From Spirochaetia bacterium UBA5763 (GTDB lineage: Bacteria; Spirochaetota; UBA4802; UBA5550): a stretch of DNA of 64,000 nt. The stretch is from assembly GCA_002418835.1 (NCBI GenBank), contig DIEX01000034.1, positions 225,926 to 289,925 of the forward strand, read 5' to 3'. A model generated the notes under the pieces. The model worked only from the letters and a program-made list of their open reading frames with translations, was not told where the DNA came from and made no database searches. The translations under genes were made by a program, and so were the position numbers. Shown one piece after another: positions 46,747 to 56,733 of the stretch. Each line of letters opens with the position of its first letter. Position 1 is the stretch's first letter.

Positions 46747-48276
46747 ATGAAAATTAAATCTTTCAGAAAATCAATAAGCTTCAAAATTACTGTTCTCTAT
46801 ATCCTCCTTGCAATTATAAACATGTCCTTCTTCTCCATAATCATTTACGAAAACCAGATAGACCTCATCACTGAAAATACAAAGCACAGAATAACTGAGT
46901 TAACTGATTCACTGATAAATACCCTGAACAGGTATAGCGCAGGATTCTCCTCGTCCGGGAGGAATAAATTAATCAGGAGTGAAGTTGCGGGGGAGGTTGC
47001 TGATATCATTAAGGAGATCACAAATGAGTTTTGTATTTTCTCCGAGGATGGTGAGGTAATAATCCGTTCCTCCGATTTGGTATCAATTTCGCAGCCTGAC
47101 ATACTTAACGGGCTCCGTGCAGTTACAAACAGGGATTTTACAGGTAAGCGTTTCTATTCCAGGGTTGATGAGGAGAAGTTTGAGATATCATTTTATATAC
47201 CATTTTCGATGCAGACTCTGGATAAATCAATTCTGTTTCTGAAGTTCAGGCTCAATGAAATTAATGACAGGCTAACGCAGCTTTACAGGATAATTGTACT
47301 TATTATTACAGCCATTGGCCTGTTTCATATATTTTTTGCCATCCTCCTTTTTAGAATTTTTGTACGCCCTATTAAGCTGCTTCATGAGAAAAGTGTTGAT
47401 ATAGAAAAAGGTGATCTCTCTGCACGGGCTGATCTGAAGAGGGATGATGAAATCGGTGAGCTTGCGGATGCCTTTAACAGGATGGCTGATTCGGTTCAGG
47501 ATAAAATTGTAACACTTGAATATCAAAGGGAGCTCATGGATCAGGAGCTTGAAATGGCCTCAAAGGTACAGGAGGCAATATTCCCCCATATTACAAACAA
47601 CAACAGATTCAATTTTTCGATATTCAGCCGGGCTGCTGAAATGGTCAGCGGTGATTATTATGACATCTTCGATCTGGGGGATGATTCATACGGCTTTCTC
47701 CTTGTCGATGTTCAGGGACACGGTGTTCCAGCCGCGATGATTACTATGATCATCAAGGAGAAGTTCAGGCGCAATACAATGAAATACAGAGATCCCGCTG
47801 AGCTCTTCAGATTTGTAAACAGTGAGATCATCTCTCTTCTCTCGGAAGTGGAAAGGGACTCGGCCCTCTATTTCACAGCATTCTACATGGTTATTGACAG
47901 TAGTAATAAGCTCTATTCAGTTGATGCGGGACACCTCAGACCGTTTCTTTTAAGGAGCTCAAAGAATGAGATTTCTCTTCTTAAAAGCGGAGGGATTCCG
48001 CTGGGCATCTCAAGCGATATGGATGAACTTTATGTGACCCATGAATGCAGCATTAGTTCCGGAGACAAGATTGTTCTTTTTACTGACGGGATCATTGAAG
48101 CAAGAAGTCCCGATGAGAAAGAGTTCGGTATGGACAGGCTTATCGGCTGTATCAGGGCCGGGTATAAATTAAACGGTGATGAACTTATGAGAACGATTGT
48201 GCGGGGTCTTGCGGGATTTGCGAATCTCGATTCACTGCGTGATGATGCCACTGTGTTTATCGTGGAGCTGAAGTAG
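46747..48276 (+). CDS. Membrane-anchored HAMP-domain PP2C-type (SpoIIE/RsbU-like) serine phosphatase
   Basis: TM helix, sensor region, second TM helix, a HAMP domain (DEIGELADAFNRMADSV) and PP2C motifs (SGDYYDIF...LVDVQGHGVPAAM...FTDGIIE). Confidence 0.75.
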   Translation: MKIKSFRKSISFKITVLYILLAIINMSFFSIIIYENQIDLITENTKHRITELTDSLINTLNRYSAGFSSSGRNKLIRSEVAGEVADIIKEITNEFCIFSEDGEVIIRSSDLVSISQPDILNGLRAVTNRDFTGKRFYSRVDEEKFEISFYIPFSMQTLDKSILFLKFRLNEINDRLTQLYRIIVLIITAIGLFHIFFAILLFRIFVRPIKLLHEKSVDIEKGDLSARADLKRDDEIGELADAFNRMADSVQDKIVTLEYQRELMDQELEMASKVQEAIFPHITNNNRFNFSIFSRAAEMVSGDYYDIFDLGDDSYGFLLVDVQGHGVPAAMITMIIKEKFRRNTMKYRDPAELFRFVNSEIISLLSEVERDSALYFTAFYMVIDSSNKLYSVDAGHLRPFLLRSSKNEISLLKSGGIPLGISSDMDELYVTHECSISSGDKIVLFTDGIIEARSPDEKEFGMDRLIGCIRAGYKLNGDELMRTIVRGLAGFANLDSLRDDATVFIVELK

Positions 48277-48279
48277 GGT

Positions 48280-49653
48280 ATGTGCCTTTCAGGTGGAAGA
48301 TACGGACTTATTCTGACATCAGTCACAGCTCTCCTGGTGGGTTGTATTATTTTTTTCAATGATGTGAATATACAGATAAGGATGAGGGAGGTGAAACTTT
48401 TTCTACAGAGGAGCAACAGGTCTGACAACAGTATTGATCACATCGGCCTTGTCATGAAATACAGGCTGCATAAGGATATGTATGAAAACCGGATTTCTAA
48501 CGACGAGCTGAATATAGCAGAGGTCAGGGTAAACTCTATACTTGGCGGGCTTGAACGGGAGAATAGTATATCTACTGTTAAATACAGGTATGCATCTGTC
48601 CCGGTTGCATATATGATTAACTTTATACGCTGTCTGATCGGTATGCCGCCCCTCAGGGAACCGGATGAAGTTCCAGAAACAGCGGGAATTGACACGGCAT
48701 ATTATTTCGAAAGGAACAGGCTTTACCACCGGGCAATTGAGGAGTATCAAAAAATTCTGAAAGAGGGTGTTGCAGATCGTACTCTTAAGGCCGGGGTGCT
48801 TCTTCATCAGGGTTACTGCTATTCGATACTTGGCGATTATGAAGATGCTAAAAGATTGTATATCAGAGTGATTAAAGATTTTGGAGACATCAATGTTGCA
48901 GTCACAGCTGCGCTCCTCCTCCGCTATATAGAGGGATTCCGTTCAGAGATTGAGCGTGTTGTTAAAAATGAAAAAGATTCAATCGAGAAGGGTGAAAAGC
49001 TCTACAAACTCATAGCATACAGAGAATCAATTGATGTGCTGAACCGGGTGGAAAAGACCGTCCCCCGTAGTGAAAAGGCGCATATTGAATATATCAGGGG
49101 ACGGACTTTTGAGGAACTTGGCGACACAGGCAGAGCTGTTGATATATACCAGGATATAGTAATGGATGATACATCTTCCCGATACGCGCGTGAAGCAAAT
49201 ATGAGAATCTTTATTGTCGGAGGGCTGTCGGCTGAAAACATGAAGGTCCGTGAGCTCGCGATGAAAAACAGTGTGATGTTGAACGATGCCGCGTTTGGTA
49301 AACTTGTAGAGGAGAGTGAACGCTTTGCTTCAGGAGATAAAGATGGAGCGCTGTTTACACCGGAGAGTGTTAAGCTGCCCCATGACGAAGGGGAAAATGC
49401 GCAAATACTTGCAAGAGAAAAGAAGATCAGCATGATGATCAGCAAAGTGGAGGAGAAAATCACCGGCGGGGATACTCCGGTAAAATCAACAGTTCAGCCT
49501 CCGGCAAAGAGGGGGGTGAAGATATATACCATAGATGGAAACATATTCACAGGAACTCTGGTGAGCGAGTCAGGCAGTTCCGTTACAGTACGGACTCCTT
49601 TCGGCGATATAACAATTGAAAAATCAAGAATATCGCGAAGGATTCGTCTATGA
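48280..49653 (+). CDS. TM-anchored TPR-repeat protein, module A, paralogue of the 61960-63285 gene
   Basis: Clear paralogy with the minus-strand gene (IDHIGLVMKY/IDHIALVATY, AYYFERN, LLHQGYCY/LLRQGYCY, LLLRYIEGF/ILIRYLEGF). The C-terminus has a small beta-domain (KIYTIDGNIFTGTLVSESGSSVTVRTPFGDITI). Confidence 0.6.
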   Translation: MCLSGGRYGLILTSVTALLVGCIIFFNDVNIQIRMREVKLFLQRSNRSDNSIDHIGLVMKYRLHKDMYENRISNDELNIAEVRVNSILGGLERENSISTVKYRYASVPVAYMINFIRCLIGMPPLREPDEVPETAGIDTAYYFERNRLYHRAIEEYQKILKEGVADRTLKAGVLLHQGYCYSILGDYEDAKRLYIRVIKDFGDINVAVTAALLLRYIEGFRSEIERVVKNEKDSIEKGEKLYKLIAYRESIDVLNRVEKTVPRSEKAHIEYIRGRTFEELGDTGRAVDIYQDIVMDDTSSRYAREANMRIFIVGGLSAENMKVRELAMKNSVMLNDAAFGKLVEESERFASGDKDGALFTPESVKLPHDEGENAQILAREKKISMMISKVEEKITGGDTPVKSTVQPPAKRGVKIYTIDGNIFTGTLVSESGSSVTVRTPFGDITIEKSRISRRIRL

Positions 49654-50504
49654 AGCGTGGAACTTTGTTTATGCTTTTTTCCGCAGCAGTTTTCGCTGCT
49701 CTTTTACTTGTACCTTTCAGAGGTGAGAGTGATACACTGATATTAAAAAACGGGACTCTGCTTGTGGGAAAAGTAAAGAGCAGCAGTGATAAAAGCATAG
49801 TCTTCAAGAATTACTATGGTGCATTTATTGTTAACCGTGAAGATATTGAAAAGCTATATGTAACAAAGACATACAAAGAGGACATCTCACTTAGAAAAAA
49901 AATGGGTATGGATTTCAGCGTTGATGATATAAAAAAGAACTATGAGGCCGGTGAGAAAAAACTGACAGAGCAGGAAGTTTCGAAGCTTAAAACTTCATTG
50001 CAGAAGTCTGCTGAAAGCCCTCTCCGCTGCGGAGGGAGCTTTTCTATAGAGGGTGGCTGGCTCTATTCAATTGGAGATGTTAATGAAGTTATCCCCTATG
50101 GCTATGGCGGATTTGCGGCATATGAGCAGGGACTCGATTTTATAACAGGCGAAAAGTATCGTCTGATGCCGGGGCTCCGGATTGAGGGAGGTTATCTTTA
50201 TTACAACAGCGGCAATGCTTTTATGAAAGGCCCCACTGTTTCTCTCGGGCCGGTATGGCTCTTCCCTGTACCTGGCGGAAATATCAGGTTTTCATTGCAG
50301 CCTGGATCTTCCGCCCTTAATGTGGAGAATGGAGATCTTTCTGCTTCAACATTCACTTTTACCTTTAATTCAATCCTCGGCTATGAGTACACATTCAGCA
50401 GCACCTCAATTTTTATAAATGCACGATATTTATATGTTTATGATAAAGATGTATTCTTCAGCAGTGCAGGGATAACTGCCGGTTTTTCATATAAATTATG
50501 GTAG
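49650..50504 (+). CDS. Outer-membrane beta-barrel protein with an N-terminal small periplasmic domain, module A
   Basis: Signal peptide, alternating amphipathic beta-strands, and a C-terminal aromatic residue (…FSYKLW). It is paralogous to the 61116-61958 gene, and its N-terminal domain resembles the C-terminal domain of the preceding TPR protein. Confidence 0.55.
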   Translation: MKRGTLFMLFSAAVFAALLLVPFRGESDTLILKNGTLLVGKVKSSSDKSIVFKNYYGAFIVNREDIEKLYVTKTYKEDISLRKKMGMDFSVDDIKKNYEAGEKKLTEQEVSKLKTSLQKSAESPLRCGGSFSIEGGWLYSIGDVNEVIPYGYGGFAAYEQGLDFITGEKYRLMPGLRIEGGYLYYNSGNAFMKGPTVSLGPVWLFPVPGGNIRFSLQPGSSALNVENGDLSASTFTFTFNSILGYEYTFSSTSIFINARYLYVYDKDVFFSSAGITAGFSYKLW

Positions 50505-50548
50505 TGCTTCATCTCTTAATAAAATAATAAAACCCCCTTTTAAATTCT

Positions 50549-51784
50549 GTGATTTTTATATATCTTATTATTATGGACTGGAATGTGCTTAAAAAGGTTC
50601 GGCATGGAATGGGATATATTTACAGAAGAAGGATAATGCTCTTTTTACTCATCGCGGTTTCTCTAATTTCTGCGAGGCTGCTGACCGGGTGCGGAGAGGG
50701 ACTAAGCATACTCACTGAAGATAGAGATTCCGGCATCGACTGGTCTGAATGGAGTTACAGGCGGAGTGTAACAATATCAAATACCGGTTCAACTCAGACA
50801 GATTACCAGGTAAATGTAACTCTTGACAGCGGTTTTAACTATTCTAATGCAGCATCAGACGGCAGTGATATCAGGTTCAATTATGATGGAGTTTCAATCC
50901 CGTATTGGATCGAAAGCTGGAATCAGTCAGGTGATTCATCAATATGGGTGGAGGTCCCGTCAATCCCTGCTGGCGGGAAAGTTTTTTATATGTATTACGG
51001 AAAAACAGGTGAAACAGCAGCATCTGACTTTGATAATACATTCACAAAAAATTCAGGTTTCAGCGGTCTTGTAGCGCAGTGGCATATGGATGAGGGGAGC
51101 GGTTCAACCTCAATCAATGATTCTTCATCAAGTTCAAATAACGGAACAATCACAGGTGCTACATGGGCGGGGGCTGACGGGGGGCGGTGGTATACCAGCA
51201 CTACGGCAGGTTTTTCTGCCGGAGATTCATTAAACTTTGATGGTACTGATGATTATGTAGCGGTTGTGGATAGTACAAGTCTGGATGTTTCTAAAATAAC
51301 AATTGCCATGTGGTTTAAACCTGGCGCTGTTGCATCAGGATATCTTGTTTCAAAATGGAATACTGATGCAAACAATCGAAGTTATTCTGTTTTTTTAAAT
51401 GGAGGTAAAGTAGCATTTGATACCAGCATAGATGGTAGTAGCTTTGTGCCATTGTTGAGTACCAGTTCAGTTTCAGTAGGAAGTTGGTATCATGTAGCAG
51501 CTGTTTTTGATGGAGCTGCAAATAGTAAAATTATATATATAAATGGTTCTCCGGATAAAACAGATGGAACTGTAAGTGGAAATTTATTTAATAGCGACTC
51601 GGATTTAACAATGGGGATATTAGATGTTGGAGGTGCAAATTATTATTCAGGTATGCTTGATGAAGTATTAATCTATAACAGAGCTCTCACTGCTGACGAA
51701 GTAAAAGCTCTTTCACAGCGAAGAAAGTATTCATCAACTATCGGAGGCACACCAACTGTCGGCATCGAGGAAACTGTTCCGTGA
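50549..51784 (+). CDS. Secreted lipoprotein with DUF2341-like and LamG (concanavalin-like) domains, module A
   Basis: Lipobox (LLTGCGEG) and a LamG-like segment (LNFDGTDDYVAVVDS...ITIAMWFKP...SWYHVAAVFDG). Confidence 0.6.
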   Translation: MIFIYLIIMDWNVLKKVRHGMGYIYRRRIMLFLLIAVSLISARLLTGCGEGLSILTEDRDSGIDWSEWSYRRSVTISNTGSTQTDYQVNVTLDSGFNYSNAASDGSDIRFNYDGVSIPYWIESWNQSGDSSIWVEVPSIPAGGKVFYMYYGKTGETAASDFDNTFTKNSGFSGLVAQWHMDEGSGSTSINDSSSSSNNGTITGATWAGADGGRWYTSTTAGFSAGDSLNFDGTDDYVAVVDSTSLDVSKITIAMWFKPGAVASGYLVSKWNTDANNRSYSVFLNGGKVAFDTSIDGSSFVPLLSTSSVSVGSWYHVAAVFDGAANSKIIYINGSPDKTDGTVSGNLFNSDSDLTMGILDVGGANYYSGMLDEVLIYNRALTADEVKALSQRRKYSSTIGGTPTVGIEETVP

Positions 51785-52497
51785 AAAAAAATTTACCAGT
51801 AACCCCCGTCCCCTTTTTTCATAAATCGAGGAAGGGCGAGCTGATGTATGCTGTGGTTATAATCTGTCTTTTCTTGCTCTCCTGTAAATCTTCAGCAGAA
51901 AATAAAATTGATCATAATACAATAATTTCTGAACAGCAATTTTCAGTGTATATCATGAGCAGCGGAATTCATACCGGTCTTATAATTCCTGTGAATACTT
52001 TTTCTGAAGAGAAAATTACAGCTTTGAAATTTTTTAAAAAATATAAGTATATAGATTTCGGATGGGGTGATGAGGATTACTACCAGAAACCTGGTGGAGG
52101 AAAGTTCTGCCTTGGAGTTAAGGCGGTTGCTCTTCCTACATCAAGTGTTATGCGTGTGCAGGGTTTCAATAGTAGACCTGAAGATGTGGCACGCTGGAGC
52201 GATTATACAGTGCAGTTCAATATGGACAGCGGAAATTTTATAAGACTCTGCGGGTATATTGATAAGAGTTTCAGGAGAGATGAAAGGGGAGACCTGATTG
52301 AAACTTCAAGGAAACGGGATGGTGAAATAATTTTTTTTAAATCGTTGTATTATTATCACGCATTTAATACATGCAACACATGGGCAGCCAGGGGGCTTAA
52401 GTCTGCCGGGCTTCATGTTTCAGCATCCTCCGTAGTTACTTCGGAGGGGCTGTTTAATGAGATCCGGGATAAAGGGATAATTTTAAAAGGGGAATAG
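51781..52497 (+). CDS. DUF2459-like lipoprotein (hypothetical)
   Basis: Lipobox (LLSCKS) and a conserved C-terminal motif YHAFNTCNTWAARGL. Confidence 0.4.
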   Translation: MKKNLPVTPVPFFHKSRKGELMYAVVIICLFLLSCKSSAENKIDHNTIISEQQFSVYIMSSGIHTGLIIPVNTFSEEKITALKFFKKYKYIDFGWGDEDYYQKPGGGKFCLGVKAVALPTSSVMRVQGFNSRPEDVARWSDYTVQFNMDSGNFIRLCGYIDKSFRRDERGDLIETSRKRDGEIIFFKSLYYYHAFNTCNTWAARGLKSAGLHVSASSVVTSEGLFNEIRDKGIILKGE

Positions 52498-52582
52498 ATT
52501 ATTTTTATCAATTCTATTGAAACATGCGGCTTTATTCGGTTTTATTATAAGAGTACGTTAAACTTATCACAAGAGGGCATGT

Positions 52583-52915
52583 ATGGAAATTAATATTGAA
52601 AAGCTCCGGAATATAACCTGTGTAAATATCAATGGCGCGTTATACATCGCTACAATGCCTTATTTTGAATCGATGTGGGCAGAAATAATGAAAGATGAGC
52701 CTGATGTCGTAGCAATTAATTGTGCTGCTGTTGAATTAGTTGATTCAACAGCTCTCGGAGTTCTGGCGCATTATCTGAAAACTCTTGATAGTCAGAACAG
52801 AAAGCTTATCTTTTACGATTTAAGTGACGCTGTTATTAATATTTTCAGATTAACAAAACTTGATAAATTTTTCAATGTAATGACAAAAGATGAGTTTGAA
52901 ATGATGTATAAGTAA
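52583..52915 (+). CDS. STAS-domain anti-sigma-factor antagonist (SpoIIAA/RsbV-like)
   Basis: The 110 aa product has a STAS fold and a phosphorylatable Ser in the DSTALGVL context. Confidence 0.7.
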   Translation: MEINIEKLRNITCVNINGALYIATMPYFESMWAEIMKDEPDVVAINCAAVELVDSTALGVLAHYLKTLDSQNRKLIFYDLSDAVINIFRLTKLDKFFNVMTKDEFEMMYK

Positions 52916-52919
52916 TAGT

Positions 52920-54833
52920 TCAAGGCCTCCTGATTCTGTTTTCTTCAATCAGTTTCTGGTTGAGGTAGATGGCGTTTATTGATTCACGAAGTTTTGATGC
53001 TTCATTCATACCGGGGGCTGTTTCCATAAGATTAACCAGTTCTTTCGGGTCAGCTTCAAGATCAAAGAGATACTCCTTTCCGGTCTTTATATGAGTAATA
53101 AATTTCAGCGGATATTTCACCACCTGCAGAAACTTTCCGTTATACGGCTGCACCAGGTAAACCGGATGGTTACTCCTTCTGTCAAAAACTGATATCCCTG
53201 TCATGTTATGCTTCCCTTCTGATATACCGGTAAGGTCTGCAATTGATGGGCCAATATCGATTTGCGAATATGCTCTGTCTTTTATCCTTTCCTGAGGAAT
53301 CACCGCATCCCATATAACAAGAAAAGGTATGCGGAATGCTTCATCATAAAAACATATTTCGTTGTTGTAAAGGCCATGTTCTTTCATGGGGAATGAGTGA
53401 TCAGCGGTAATGATTACTATTGTGTTATCAAGGTACTTTCTCTGCTTTAAAAGCTCAAAAAAGCGCGGGAGCTGGCTATCGCTGAGGCGAAGAGCGTTGG
53501 AGTACTTCTCTTTTATGTTCTTCGGATCTTTATAGATTGTTCTGCTCTCAACTGGCATGCCGTCGCATGGTATGTGTGTGCCGACAGTCATGAGTGAGGC
53601 AAACAACGGTTTGGCAGGATTTTTCGCATGTTCAGCGTCAAGGAGTTCAAATGCTCTCTCATAAAATATTTTATCCTCAACCCCCCATCCCCAAATATAC
53701 GGTCTGTCCTCCTTTCTCCGGAACTCAGCGTATGATTTCACTACTGAAAATCCCGCTTTAAGCATGTTATGTGTGGTATTGTCGAATTTTAAATTATGGA
53801 AAGCCTGAAAGAAAACAGTATGGTATCCCGAGTCTCTCAGAAGTGAAGGAAATCCTGTTATATTAAGATCCGGGTAATCGGTAAAAATTTTTCCATTAAA
53901 GCTCGGAAGTATTGAATAGAAAACTGCGGCCTGTCCTTTGCAGGTCTGTATTGAGTTCCCATAGAAGCGGTCTATGTAGAGTCCTTTACTTATCATTGAA
54001 TTGAAGTTTGGAGTATAATCTATCCCGTCCGGAGCCTTCGCCTCAACGAAGTTCGCGTTGAATGATTCAACCAGTATAAGTATAATATTCGGCTGCCCCT
54101 GTCTGCCGGACCCGGCAAATGTGAGATTAATTTTATTCCTCTCGTAAGGGTATCCCCCGGTATCAGAGACTGCTGCGGCAGCCTCATTAGAGGTAAAGGC
54201 ACTCTTCATGAACAGGGTAAACTCGTCCCCTCTATGAACCGGCAGCAGAATGATAATAACTGTGAGGACAAATGCTGTTGCACCGGATTTTAATCCCGGT
54301 TTTACTGAGCCGGAAAAGAGTGAATATCTGAACTCCAGGATAACAGACAGAATAAGCAGAGCTGCAATAAACAGAAAATCAGACCCGCTGAATGGCGCAG
54401 TCATCATCTGCAGTGCTTCACTGGAGAAGCTTATCCCTATATTATCCTTCACAAGTGCGAAGTCGAGACTGGAGCCAGTGGATAGATGGTACGAGTATAA
54501 TCCGCATGCTGTGAAGATAATTAATGGTAACAGGATCCGTGCTATTAATTTTACAGGCATCATAGATTCACAAACCACTCCGAAAAGATAGAGAGTAAAA
54601 AAGCTGAAAAGCATCGACATTATATCAGGCGCGGAAACAGAAAATCCGGGTAACTGTTTTATCGTGTAAATTATATAATAGCATAACTGAATAAATAAAA
54701 GTGCGTATGTAAGGAAACCGGGGACGGGGATATATAGTCTTATTTTATTTTTCATCTCTAAGGGATACCGTATTGATTTTTTAATTTCTGACAAATTATA
54801 GATTATAAGCATTATGGGGATTTTATCTGGCAA
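52920..54833 (-). CDS. LTA-synthase/sulfatase-family (alkaline-phosphatase superfamily) membrane phosphotransferase
   Basis: An N-terminal five-TM domain and a C-terminal sulfatase-like domain. Confidence 0.7.
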   Translation of the reverse strand: MPDKIPIMLIIYNLSEIKKSIRYPLEMKNKIRLYIPVPGFLTYALLFIQLCYYIIYTIKQLPGFSVSAPDIMSMLFSFFTLYLFGVVCESMMPVKLIARILLPLIIFTACGLYSYHLSTGSSLDFALVKDNIGISFSSEALQMMTAPFSGSDFLFIAALLILSVILEFRYSLFSGSVKPGLKSGATAFVLTVIIILLPVHRGDEFTLFMKSAFTSNEAAAAVSDTGGYPYERNKINLTFAGSGRQGQPNIILILVESFNANFVEAKAPDGIDYTPNFNSMISKGLYIDRFYGNSIQTCKGQAAVFYSILPSFNGKIFTDYPDLNITGFPSLLRDSGYHTVFFQAFHNLKFDNTTHNMLKAGFSVVKSYAEFRRKEDRPYIWGWGVEDKIFYERAFELLDAEHAKNPAKPLFASLMTVGTHIPCDGMPVESRTIYKDPKNIKEKYSNALRLSDSQLPRFFELLKQRKYLDNTIVIITADHSFPMKEHGLYNNEICFYDEAFRIPFLVIWDAVIPQERIKDRAYSQIDIGPSIADLTGISEGKHNMTGISVFDRRSNHPVYLVQPYNGKFLQVVKYPLKFITHIKTGKEYLFDLEADPKELVNLMETAPGMNEASKLRESINAIYLNQKLIEENRIRRP

Positions 54834-54957
54834 GTTTTTTTCTACCTTAAAAATAGTTATAAAAGGAGCTTAAAAAAAGGAGAGGGCAACATCTGTTTAA
54901 AGAGGGGGGCACAAAGCGTTATTTAATCCTTTCCGCACATTGTATTTTAAAGTAATT

Positions 54958-54997
54958 GTTACATTTTTGTAACGTAAAAAGTAACAATTTTTGTAGC
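54958..54997. promoter_or_regulatory. Tandem GTTACA/TGTAAC-containing sites (GTTACATTTTTGTAAC and GTAACAATTTTTGTAGC) in the divergent LtaS/glutamine-synthetase promoter region
   Basis: One site has 6 bp inverted repeats with a 4 bp spacer, and a related copy lies 7 bp downstream. They sit about 120 nt upstream of the glutamine synthetase start. Confidence 0.35.
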
Positions 54998-55111
54998 ATT
55001 TTCAATTTTGTATTTTTTTATTTGACTAATCAATATTATCGCTTCATTTATTCCAAAAATGTATTAAATCTGCATAATTTTATAATTAGTTAAACATATC
55101 TGGAGAAATTT

Positions 55112-56626
55112 ATGGCACCAAAGAAAGGAGCTGATATCGCGTTAAGCCCTAATCCCCTTGTGCAGTATCTGCAAAAACCTGCAAAAGATTTTACAAAAGC
55201 AGACCTCATTAAGTATATCGCTGATAATGGAATTAAGATGCTTAATTTCCGTTATGTTGGTGGTGACGGAAAACTTAAAACTCTTAATATCGTAATTACA
55301 AGCCTTCAGCAGCTTGACAGTCTTCTTTCATGCGGGGAGAGGGTGGATGGTTCAAGTCTTTTCTCTTACATAGATGCCAAATCAAGCGATCTCTATGTTG
55401 TTCCAAGGCATAAAACAGCTTTTCTTAATCCGTTTACCGAAATTCCCACACTTGATATACTCTGCGCATATTATGATAAGGACGGGAATCCTCTGGCAAG
55501 TTCCCCGGAAAATATCATGATGAAGGCACACAAAAGCCTTGAAGAGAAGACAGGTTACAGCCTTGATGTTATGGGTGAACTTGAGTACTACGTAATTGCT
55601 GAGAAGCATGATTTTTATCCGGCAACTGATCAGAAAGGTTATCATGAGTCACTCCCTTATGCCAAATTTGAGATGATACGAAAAGAGTGTATGCAGGCTA
55701 TTTCACAGGCCGGCGGCCTCATCAAGTATGCCCACTCTGAAGTCGGTAACTTCACGCAGGGTGATTGCTATTATGAGCAGAACGAAATTGAATTCAATCC
55801 AACATACATAGAAGACGCGGCGGATCAGCTTGTAATTGCTAAATGGATGATCCGGATGATCGGATATAAACATGGCGTACATATCAGCTTTGCTCCGAAG
55901 ATCACAGTGGGTAAAGCGGGAAGCGGTATGCATATTCACATGAAACTTCATAAAAAAGGGAAAACAGCAACTGTTGATAAGGGTAAACTGAGTGATACTG
56001 CAAAGAAGGCCATTGCGGGAATCCTTGATATAACTCCTGCTCTTACAGCGTTCGGCAACACAAATCCCACGTCATACTTAAGACTTGTCCCTCATCAGGA
56101 GGCGCCGACAAATATTTGCTGGGGCGACAGGAACCGTTCTGTTCTTATCCGTGTGCCCCTTGGATGGGTTGGTGTCAAGGATATGATCAAAAAGGTCAAT
56201 CCGAACTACGATGATGAACTGAAAGATTTTTCTGACAGGCAGACTTTCGAATTCAGGTGCCCGGATGGTTCAGCAAATATACACCTCCTCCTTGCGGGCC
56301 TTTGTGTAGGAGCCAGGCATGGACTTGAAATGAAGAATGCCCTTGAAGTGGCTGAGAAACTGTATGTTGATGTGAACATCTTCCATGAGGAGAATAAGGC
56401 GAGGCTGGCCCAGCTTAAAGGCCTACCGCTTTCATGTTATGAATCAGCCGAATGCCTCCTTCAGCTCAGGAGCCACTTTGAGAAGGATGATATATTCTCT
56501 CCGAGGGTAATTGACGGCGTTGCAGCAATGCTTATGGCTTATAAGGATAAAGGCTTAAGCGAAAAGCTTTACGGCAAGAACGATAAGATCGGGGAGCTTG
56601 TAGAGCAGTATATTCATCACATGTAG
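55112..56626 (+). CDS. glnA: Glutamine synthetase-family protein (GS catalytic domain; type III-like or truncated)
   Basis: Conserved GS signature KAGSGMHIHMKL and the overall catalytic-domain sequence. Confidence 0.7.
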   Translation: MAPKKGADIALSPNPLVQYLQKPAKDFTKADLIKYIADNGIKMLNFRYVGGDGKLKTLNIVITSLQQLDSLLSCGERVDGSSLFSYIDAKSSDLYVVPRHKTAFLNPFTEIPTLDILCAYYDKDGNPLASSPENIMMKAHKSLEEKTGYSLDVMGELEYYVIAEKHDFYPATDQKGYHESLPYAKFEMIRKECMQAISQAGGLIKYAHSEVGNFTQGDCYYEQNEIEFNPTYIEDAADQLVIAKWMIRMIGYKHGVHISFAPKITVGKAGSGMHIHMKLHKKGKTATVDKGKLSDTAKKAIAGILDITPALTAFGNTNPTSYLRLVPHQEAPTNICWGDRNRSVLIRVPLGWVGVKDMIKKVNPNYDDELKDFSDRQTFEFRCPDGSANIHLLLAGLCVGARHGLEMKNALEVAEKLYVDVNIFHEENKARLAQLKGLPLSCYESAECLLQLRSHFEKDDIFSPRVIDGVAAMLMAYKDKGLSEKLYGKNDKIGELVEQYIHHM

Positions 56627-56733
56627 TATCTTTCATTATAAATTAAAAAGCTCCGGCAACATGACCTGTTCCCGGAGCTTTTTAATTTATAATTAATCCT
56701 GTGATAGCTGATAATGAAGAATTAATTATGTTT

